A stretch of 28,094 nucleotides of DNA, from NCBI GenBank assembly GCA_020052935.1, contig JAGVOD010000108.1:1-28094 (forward strand), read 5' to 3'. This document shows, in pieces, positions 8,061-14,411 of this stretch. The notes beneath the pieces were generated by a model that worked only from the letters and a program-made list of their open reading frames with translations, was not told the origin of the DNA and did not search any database. Source of the DNA: an archaeon (lineage in GTDB: Archaea > Nanobdellota > Nanobdellia > Woesearchaeales > UBA11576). The position numbers and the translations under genes are program-made. Within the stretch, counting starts at the first letter, position 1. Each line of letters opens with the position of its first letter.

Positions 8061-9570
8061 GATAGAACGCAAAGCGCTCCGGGAGAAGATAGCAGAATTC
8101 CTAAAGAAAGAGAGGGAACTCAAGACCATAGACAAGAGCAAGCAGCAGCCCAAGAAGCTCACAGCAAGAGAGAGGCTCGGACTTCTTCTAGACAAAGGCA
8201 CATTCACAGAGATAGACCTGTTCGCCAAGCCAAGGGATGCAGAGCTGCAACAGCTGAAGTGCGACGGAGTCGTAGCAGGATACGGCAAGATCGACGGAAG
8301 GCAGGTATGCGTCTATGCACAGGACTTCACGCAGAAAGGAGGCACACTGGGAGAGATGCATGCCAAGAAGATAGTGAAGGTCATGGACCTCGCGATAAAG
8401 ACCGGCTGCCCCATCATAGGGATAGATGACTCTGGCGGAGCAAGGATACAGGAAGGGGTCAAGGCGCTGGACGGCTACGCAAGGATATTCTACAAGAACA
8501 CAAATGCCTCGGGAGTGGTGCCGCAGATATCTATAATCCTAGGGCCATGCGCAGGAGGCGCAGTCTACTCGCCGGCGCTGACAGACTTCATATTCATGGT
8601 CAAGGGCCTAAGCAAGATGTTCATAACAGGGCCTGCAGTGATAAAGAGCACGATGTCTGAAGAGATAACACCTGAAATGCTGGGCGGGGCAGAAGTGCAC
8701 GCAGAGATGAGCGGGGTGGCGCACTTCGAAGATGAGTCAGAGCACGCAGCCATACTGAAGGTGAGAAGGCTGCTCAGCTACCTCCCATCAAACAACCTCT
8801 CAGACCCGCCGAAGTCGCAGGCCAGGGACAACCCAAACAGGCGGAATAAACGCCTGATCAAGTTGGTGCCCTCAGACCCGAAGAAGAGCTACGACGTGCG
8901 CGACGTCCTAAGAGAGGTGCTCGACAGGAACTCATTCATGGAAGTGCACGCAGGATTCGCAAAGAACATAATAGTAGGATTCGCAAGGCTGAACAGCACA
9001 ACAATAGGGGTCGTGGCGAACCAGCCCTGCGTACTGGCAGGCTGCCTAGACATAAACGCGTCAGACAAAGCAGCAAGATTCGTCAGGTTCTGCGACGCAT
9101 TCAACATACCGATAATCAACTTCGTCGACGTGCCAGGATACCTCCCTGGAAAAGAGCAGGAATACGGCGGGATAATAAGGCACGGCGCAGAGCTCCTCTA
9201 CGCATACGCAGAGGCGACAGTGCCGAAGATATCACTCATCATGCGCAAGGCATACGGCGGGGCGTACATCGTCCTCTGCTCGAGAGAGATGCGCTACGAC
9301 CAGGTCATAGCCTGGCCCACAGCAAGGATAGCAGTCATGGGCGCACGGCAGGCAGCAGAGATAATATTCAAGGACGCACCAGACAAAGAGGAAAAGACAC
9401 AGGAATATGAGGAGAAGTTCCTCAACCCCTATGTCGCAGCAGAACTCGGCAGCGTCGACATGATAATAAACCCTGCAGAGACAAGGGCGACGCTGATAAA
9501 ATCCCTGGAAGCGCTGCTGACAAAACGAGAGAGAAGATTGCCTAAGAAGCACGGCAACATACCGCTGTAG
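8053..9570 (+). CDS. pccB: Acyl-CoA carboxylase carboxyltransferase subunit (PccB / AccD-type; acetyl versus propionyl specificity undetermined)
   Basis: Motifs present: ARERLGLLLDKGTFTEID, GVVAGYGKIDGRQVCVYAQDFT..GGTLGE, DSGGARIQEG and GPCAGGAVYSPALTDF. The ATG overlaps the end of fabG by 8 nt, and GGAGGG at 8043-8048 precedes it. Confidence 0.85.
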   Translation: MFKIERKALREKIAEFLKKERELKTIDKSKQQPKKLTARERLGLLLDKGTFTEIDLFAKPRDAELQQLKCDGVVAGYGKIDGRQVCVYAQDFTQKGGTLGEMHAKKIVKVMDLAIKTGCPIIGIDDSGGARIQEGVKALDGYARIFYKNTNASGVVPQISIILGPCAGGAVYSPALTDFIFMVKGLSKMFITGPAVIKSTMSEEITPEMLGGAEVHAEMSGVAHFEDESEHAAILKVRRLLSYLPSNNLSDPPKSQARDNPNRRNKRLIKLVPSDPKKSYDVRDVLREVLDRNSFMEVHAGFAKNIIVGFARLNSTTIGVVANQPCVLAGCLDINASDKAARFVRFCDAFNIPIINFVDVPGYLPGKEQEYGGIIRHGAELLYAYAEATVPKISLIMRKAYGGAYIVLCSREMRYDQVIAWPTARIAVMGARQAAEIIFKDAPDKEEKTQEYEEKFLNPYVAAELGSVDMIINPAETRATLIKSLEALLTKRERRLPKKHGNIPL

Positions 9571-9575
9571 ATCAT

Positions 9576-9653
9576 AAAAATCCGCCGAAAGTGCCCTACT
9601 CCGCCCTAAAGGGCGGAGTTTGACTGGGCACTTTCTTTCGCTGGCGGATTTTT
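9576..9653. repeat. A5-stem-T5 nested hairpin A (possible bidirectional terminator directly after pccB)
   Basis: aaaaatccgcc-gaaagtgccc at 9576-9596 pairs with gggcactttc...ggcggattttt at 9626-9653. The inner hairpin is ctccgccc-taaa-gggcggag (9599-9618). The element ends in T5. Confidence 0.55.
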
Positions 9654-9660
9654 AGGATGC

Positions 9661-9721
9661 CAAAAATTTCGCCCTGAAGGACGGGGTTTCAAACCCGGCA
9701 CAAAATTTTGCGAAATTTTTG
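9661..9721. repeat. A5-stem-T5 hairpin B, same architecture as hairpin A with a different stem sequence
   Basis: caaaaatttcgc (9661-9672) pairs with gcgaaatttttg (9710-9721). The inner palindrome is gggtttcaaaccc (9684-9696). Confidence 0.55.
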
Positions 9722-9745
9722 TGCATGATATTGATAGACGGAATT

Positions 9746-9874
9746 GGCAGTGCCGCGCCAGGCTACGCTCGTCGTTGTTTTTCATGAAAGCAGGTCACCC
9801 CCGTAAGGGACATCCCCCCGACCTGCGTAAATAATGATGCGAAAATCGCTCCGCAAATTGGCGGCGGCACCGCC
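9746..9874 (+). repeat. Structured intergenic element, copy 1 (lacks the outermost stem)
   Basis: ggcagtgccgcgcc (9746-9759) pairs with ggcggcggcaccgcc (9860-9874). The central stem is caggtc (9791-9796) with gacctg (9820-9825), enclosing a C/G core (cccccgtaaggga cat cccccc). The blocks aggctacgctc and atgatgcgaaaatcgctccgcaaa are shared with copy 3. Confidence 0.65.
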
Positions 9875-9894
9875 TGATAACAGGATGATACTAA

Positions 9895-10347
9895 ATGAGG
9901 CTCAAGATAGACGGAAAAGAATTCTGCGTAAGCATACTGCCTGACAAGAAAGGCTACAAGGTAAGGGTAGGGAACAGGCAGATAGAGACATCGCACAGCA
10001 GCCCGCAATTCAGGGTGGGCAGGCAAAAGCACACAGCAGAAGTGAAGAAGAAGGCAGACAACACATTCAACGTAAGCATTGACCAGGACAACTACTCCGT
10101 CGAGATCCTGGACAAGGAGAAAGAGTCGTCACGGTCGATAAAAGCGCCGATGCAAGGCACAGTCATCGAGATAGACGTGAAAGAAGGCCAGGCAGTCCAG
10201 AAAGGCCAGACCATCATCAAGCTCATATCGATGAAGATGGAGAACGAGATAAAGGCAGAACGGGACTGCAGGATAAGAGAGATAAAAGTAAGGAACCGCC
10301 AGACAGTCGCGAAAGGGGAGGTGCTGATTGAGCTCGAAAAACCCTGA
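9895..10347 (+). CDS. accB: Biotin carboxyl carrier protein (biotinyl domain protein)
   Basis: The C-terminal domain is APMQGTVIEIDVKEGQAVQKGQTIIKLISMKMENEI...GEVLIELE, with the biotinyl-lysine in the MKM motif. Confidence 0.8.
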   Translation: MRLKIDGKEFCVSILPDKKGYKVRVGNRQIETSHSSPQFRVGRQKHTAEVKKKADNTFNVSIDQDNYSVEILDKEKESSRSIKAPMQGTVIEIDVKEGQAVQKGQTIIKLISMKMENEIKAERDCRIREIKVRNRQTVAKGEVLIELEKP

Positions 10348-11883
10348 AGGAAGCGTCGCGACAAGAAGATCCAGGAAGGTACTCATCGCAAACAGGGGAG
10401 AGATAGTCCTCAGGATAATAAGGGCCTGCAAAGCGCTCGGCATAAAGACAGTCGCGATATACGCCCCCGACGACAAGAACAGGCTCATAGAGAAGTCGGC
10501 AGACGAGTACGTCCGTATAGACGGAGAGAGCCTCGAATCCACATACCTAAACATAGGCAAGATAATCAAGATAGCCAAGCAAAAAAGGCAGATGCAATCC
10601 ACCCAGGATACGGCTTCCTGGCCGAGAACCCCCTCTTCGCCAGGGCGTGTGAGCAGAACAACATCACATTCATAGGACCGAGCTCGTCAGCGCTCGAAAG
10701 CACAGCAGACAAGATAGGCGCGAGAGGGATCGCACGCGGACTCGGCATGCAGATAATACCCGGCAGCGACGTGCTCAAGAGGAAAGAGGATGCGCTGCGC
10801 TTCGCAGAGAAGCAAGGCTACCCCATAATACTCAAGTCCTGCTATGGAGGAGGAGGGAAAGGCATAAGGACTGCACGCAACAAGAAAGAGCTGCTCGGCT
10901 GCTTCGACGCAGCGGCAAAAGAGGTCGAGACAAGCTTCGGCACACCCCTCATCTACGCAGAGAAATACATCAAGGCAAGACATATCGAGTTCCAGTTCAT
11001 CGCAGACAAGCATGGCAACTACGCCTGCCTCGGCGACAGGGAATGCTCTATCCAGAGACGCTTCCAGAAACTCATAGAGGAAACGCCTTCACCAGCGCTC
11101 ACCAGTAAAGAAAGGAAGAGGATATGCCATGATGTATGCGAGTTGGTAAAGAGCATAGACTATGCTGGCGTCGGCACAGCAGAATTCCTTCTCACACCAG
11201 ACAAGAAGATATACTTCCTGGAAGTCAACCCAAGGATACAGGTAGAGCACGGCATAACCGAGCTGATAACGGGGATAGACATAGCAAAAGAACAGCTGAG
11301 GATAGCGCAGGGACTGCCACTCTCATTCAACCAGGGACAAGTCAGGATAAAGGGTCACGCAATAGAGTGCCGGATCGTCGCAGAGTGCGCAAGAAGAGAC
11401 TTCGCGCCGGCAGGCGGAATCATCTCCAGACTCGAGCTCGGCCAGCCTGACAAAAACAAGCCCGACTACGTCAGGGTGGATGCTGCGCTGTATCCAGGCC
11501 TGAGGATAAACCCTTCATACGACTCGCTCCTGGCAAAGCTTATGGTGCACGGCAGGTCAAGGAAAGAAGCAGTCAAGAAACTTAGGCAGGCTCTTGCAGC
11601 CGCAAGGATAGAAGGCGTGCAGAACACCATAGACTTCTACAAGTTCCTCACCCGGCAGAAGAGATTCATCGACGGCAAGCTCAGCACAGAGTTCATCTCG
11701 GAAAACAGGCTGGTAGAGAAGTACAGCAAGGAAAGCCTCCTGCCAGAGATAGTTGCGTTGATCGCCTCAGCGATATACGAGCACGAAGCAAACCACTTGC
11801 TAAGCTTCCCAACACCAGACCGTTGGGTCGAGAGCTCCAGGAAAGAAGCTGTCGAAGCCGAGCCTGAAGAAAGATGGGGCTAG
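10328..11883 (+). pseudogene. accC: Biotin carboxylase (AccC-type) split into two frames by a 1-nt frameshift in an A6 run
   Basis: Frame 1 (10328-10675) gives KVLIANRGEIVLRIIRA...YLNIGKIIKIAKQK and then nonsense. The other frame reads (K)ADAIHPGYGFLAENPLFARACEQNNITFIGPS from 10588 and continues through GGGGKGIR, IEETPSP and EVNPRIQVEHGITE to the stop at 11883. One extra A in aaaaaa (10581-10586) would restore ...IAKQKKADAIHPGYGF.... The apparent start is TTG at 10328, overlapping the end of accB. Confidence 0.8.
10581..10587 (+). other. Frameshift site: AAAAAAG homopolymer at the accC frame junction
   Basis: Zero-frame codons are CAA AAA AGG. The homologous continuation is in the -1 frame (AAA AAG GCA GAT GCA ATC CAC CCA). 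Confidence 0.8.
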
Positions 11884-11885
11884 CA

Positions 11886-12608
11886 TCAGACGCCTTGCAC
11901 AAGGTCGCCCTCAACAACAATGATTTCACGGCCCTTGGCCCTCACTATCAACGAGCCATCTCCTGATATCCCTGCGGCAACACCCGAAACGACGCCACGC
12001 ACAGTAGTGACCCGCACCTTCTTGCCACCAGAATCCCAAAGCAGCTTCCAGTCACGCAGTATACTGCTGTAACTATCCTTTGTATAAGCATCACAGTATC
12101 TTGCGTAATACCTCAGCACATCTTTCAACAAGGATTCCTTATCTATCTCTATCCCTTTCTCTGACTTCAAGGTGGTGGCTGATGCCAAGCCGACATGATT
12201 ATTGACGTTTATGCCGATGCCGACCACGGTCGCCACACTCTTCCCAGCTACGACATTCTCAGTCAGTATGCCGCAGACCTTCCTGCCATGTATAAGGATA
12301 TCATTCGGCCACTTTATGACTGCTGGCAGGCCTTGCTCCCGGATGGCTTTCGCGACTGAAACCGCTGCAGCAAAAGTGAGCAGGAAAGTCTTTTCAGGCT
12401 TTTTGTGCTTCAGCAATACCGAGAACCACAAACCGCCACGGCCTGAGTGCCACTTCCTGTTGAACCTGCCACGCCCCTTTGTCTGGGTGTCGGCCACGAC
12501 AACCGTGCCGTGAGGCAGCTTCCTGTAGCTCCGCATAATGAACTCATTCGTAGATGCCAGAACGGCATACCGGATGGGATTGTGGAAGTTCATCATGGTG
12601 ACCTGCAA
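11886..12608 (-). CDS. birA: Biotin--protein ligase, class I (no N-terminal HTH domain)
   Basis: GRGRFNRKWHSGRGGLWFSVLL matches the GRGRxGRxWxSPxGxxL motif, and KWPNDIL is present. The ORF-track start is TTG at 12608; an ATG at 12596 (MMNFH...) is the more likely start. The stop lies 2 nt from the accC stop (convergent genes). Confidence 0.85.
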   Translation of the reverse strand: MQVTMMNFHNPIRYAVLASTNEFIMRSYRKLPHGTVVVADTQTKGRGRFNRKWHSGRGGLWFSVLLKHKKPEKTFLLTFAAAVSVAKAIREQGLPAVIKWPNDILIHGRKVCGILTENVVAGKSVATVVGIGINVNNHVGLASATTLKSEKGIEIDKESLLKDVLRYYARYCDAYTKDSYSSILRDWKLLWDSGGKKVRVTTVRGVVSGVAAGISGDGSLIVRAKGREIIVVEGDLVQGV

Positions 12609-12615
12609 TCATAAC

Positions 12616-12781
12616 GACTCTGTCCCAAGTCTCACTCCGTTCGGGCAGCGCCAGATTCGGCCAAGCGCCCATATCAGCGTGAACGCTGTAGCCCCGTAGG
12701 GGGCATCCCCCACTACGCGCCAGATAGTTTAGCGAAGTGGCCTCATAAAGGGCGCTGCCTTCACTTGGGACAGAGCCAGTC
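12616..12781 (+). repeat. Structured intergenic element, copy 2 (166 nt)
   Basis: Three nested stems. The outer 13-bp perfect stem is ctctgtcccaagt (12618-12630) with acttgggacagag (12763-12775). The second stem is ggcagcgcc (12644-12652) with ggcgctgcc (12751-12759). The central stem is cgc-t-gtag (12684-12691) with ctacgcg (12713-12719), enclosing ccccgtagggggcatccccc. Confidence 0.7.
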
Positions 12782-12786
12782 ATATC

Positions 12787-12801
12787 AAAAACTATTTAAA
12801 C
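12787..12801 (+). promoter_or_regulatory. Putative TATA-type box (aaaactatttaaact) for the membrane-protein gene
   Basis: The A/T box resembles the aaactaatttaaa boxes at 4087 and 4960. It lies about 27 nt upstream of ATG 12824, and no Shine-Dalgarno sequence lies between them (leaderless-like spacing). Confidence 0.4.
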
Positions 12802-12823
12802 TGAACTGAATTTTAGGCAGGGC

Positions 12824-13666
12824 ATGGTTCTTGAATCCTTGCTTAATCCGAGAAAGGCAGAGAAGAAGCCATGGGAACTGTTCTTCCTCGGCCTCATATA
12901 CGCGTCATTCTCATTCCTGCTCAGCTACTGGGTATTCAAGGACTACATCAGCATCGTCATGGTCGCCCTGACAGCCATGTGCGCGATGCCGCTCATATAC
13001 AACCTGTTCGCGCTGGAGGCGCAGAAAGACGACCTCCCTCAGAAAGAGTACTGGCTAATCAAGGAGCACACCAAAGCGCTCGAGGCATTCACGTTCATGT
13101 TCCTCGGCTTTGTCACAGCATACTTCCTCATATTCATACTACTGCCAAACGGCCTTTCACAGGAGGTCTTCAGCGCGCAGATCAGCACCATATCGAAGAT
13201 AAAATCAGCGACACCATCCGGAAATCTCATAGAGAGCGCAGCAGGATTCCTCCCCATACTGATGAACAACCTGAAGATACTCATATTCTGCTTCGTACTG
13301 TCATTCTTCTTCGGCGCGGGAGCCATATTCGTCCTTACCTGGAACGCATCGATAGTCGCGGTCGCAATAGGCATATTCGTAAAGAACAGCGTGCTCACGC
13401 ACATCGCACCATCACTATCGACATACTCCCAATTCGTGTCCCTCGGGCTGCTGAAGTACCTCACGCACGGCATATTCGAGATAGCCGCGTACTTTGTCGG
13501 CGCACTGGCTGGGGGGATACTTTCCATAGCAGTGATAAGGCACGAGTTCGGGACACAGGAATTCAAGAAGACAATCTTGGACTCGCTGGACATAATAGCA
13601 CTATCTATAATAATACTCTTCATCGCAGCGTTGATAGAGGTCTTTGTCACGCCAGCGATAGTCTGA
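12824..13666 (+). CDS. Polytopic membrane protein, SpoIIM/DUF95-like
   Basis: About six hydrophobic helices. NNLKILIFCFVLSFFFGAGAIFVLTWNASIV and LTHGIFEIAAYFVGALAGG resemble the conserved N...G..G and HG-x-x-E-x-x-A blocks of the SpoIIM family as I recall them. The long +/- ORFs overlapping this gene (12871..13722, 13039..13872) are shadows. Confidence 0.6.
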   Translation: MVLESLLNPRKAEKKPWELFFLGLIYASFSFLLSYWVFKDYISIVMVALTAMCAMPLIYNLFALEAQKDDLPQKEYWLIKEHTKALEAFTFMFLGFVTAYFLIFILLPNGLSQEVFSAQISTISKIKSATPSGNLIESAAGFLPILMNNLKILIFCFVLSFFFGAGAIFVLTWNASIVAVAIGIFVKNSVLTHIAPSLSTYSQFVSLGLLKYLTHGIFEIAAYFVGALAGGILSIAVIRHEFGTQEFKKTILDSLDIIALSIIILFIAALIEVFVTPAIV

Positions 13667-13695
13667 GGATACCAGTTCTGAGCAAAGGATTTGTT

Positions 13696-13922
13696 ACATA
13701 CATCGTAGGAAATAGTATATAAACACATTGACTTTTTTCTCAGTCTACACACACATTGTAAGAACAACACTATCTCTATAAAAACAAAAAAATAAACACA
13801 CATTGTAAGAAAAAGGCATTTATTCGTAACTAATGCATCGTAACACCCAGCGTAAGACGAAATAACACACATTGTAGGAATAAAAAGGAAATCTTTTTAT
13901 ATTAAAACACACAGGGTAGGAA
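13696..13922 (+). promoter_or_regulatory. Array of direct repeats, consensus AACACACATTGTA(A/G)GAA (putative operator sites)
   Basis: Copies: 13747-13764 acacacacattgtaagaa; 13795-13811 aacacacattgtaagaa; 13864-13880 aacacacattgtaggaa; 13906-13922 aacacacagggtaggaa. Degenerate copies: 13696-13711 acatacatcgtaggaa and the half-site 13721-13732 aaacacattgac. All are in the same orientation, with spacings of 47, 69 and 42 nt between the four good copies. Confidence 0.55.
13894..13907 (+). promoter_or_regulatory. Putative TATA box (tttttatattaaaa) for the HTH / giant-protein operon
   Basis: The TTTATATT core is at 13896-13903, about 35 nt upstream of GTG 13935. It is flanked upstream by repeat copy 13864-13880 and downstream by copy 13906-13922. 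Confidence 0.45.
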
Positions 13923-13934
13923 AATAGTCATTTA

Positions 13935-14411
13935 GTGCTAAAGAGGCCTCTAATATTGAGTAAGGAAGAGACAGCTGCAGCCAGCAGCACAGCGACAGCA
14001 GAGAATCCGTTCAAGCCAGACATAGTCATACCAACAACGATATTCTGCGACCGCTCACTCAGTTTTCTAGAAGCGCTTGTCGAGTACCTCAAGAGACAGC
14101 TCAACCTCTCATACCACGAGATCGCGATGCTGACCAACCGCGATGAGAGGAACATCTGGACACTGTACCACAGGGCTGAGAAGAAAAGGACAGAGCACGA
14201 GCCAGACACAAAGAAAGCGCCAGTGATGAACATACCACTAGCGGTCGTTACAGACCGTTCTGTATCGATACTTGAAGTCGTGGTAGAACACCTGCGCGAC
14301 AATACAAAACTCGCGAATCACCAGATAGCCACACTTCTGAACAGGTCAGACAAGACCATATCGACAGTATACATCCGAACAAAGAAGAAACGAACACAAA
14401 ATGCTGCGTGA
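13935..14411 (+). CDS. Small DNA-binding protein with two tandem sigma70-region-4/LuxR-like HTH repeats
   Basis: Internal duplication. Repeat 1 is DIVIPTTIFCDRSLSFLEALVEYLKRQLNLSYHEIAMLTNRDERNIWTLYHRAEKKRTE (nt 14019-14195). Repeat 2 is VMNIPLAVVTDRSVSILEVVVEHLRDNTKLANHQIATLLNRSDKTISTVYIRTKKKRTQ (nt 14223-14399). The LS-x-x-E...eIA-x-L-x-R-x-x-x-T(I/V)...(R/K)KK pattern fits region-4/GerE-type HTH. The start is GTG, and the stop TGA at 14409-14411 overlaps the ATG of the giant gene. Confidence 0.6.
   Translation: MLKRPLILSKEETAAASSTATAENPFKPDIVIPTTIFCDRSLSFLEALVEYLKRQLNLSYHEIAMLTNRDERNIWTLYHRAEKKRTEHEPDTKKAPVMNIPLAVVTDRSVSILEVVVEHLRDNTKLANHQIATLLNRSDKTISTVYIRTKKKRTQNAA

Noticed and set aside
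9834-9877. ATGATGC ... CTGA pair (C-box/D-box-like) inside structured-element copy 1.
   Set aside because: Copy 3 keeps GATGATGC but has no CTGA, and copy 2 has neither. The resemblance is therefore probably coincidental.
9763-10032. ORFs spanning the structured repeats: 9763..10032 -, 12544..12783 -, 26691..26945 +, 26717..27142 +.
   Set aside because: They are created by the G/C-rich hairpin elements. They run into or overlap neighbouring real genes, and the repeat copies are not conserved at the amino-acid level in any one frame.
13696-13922. The direct-repeat array considered as a possible mini-CRISPR.
   Set aside because: The repeats are only about 17 nt and imperfect, with irregular 42-69 nt spacing in an AT-rich promoter region. 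No cas genes are present. The array fits operator or promoter repeats better.
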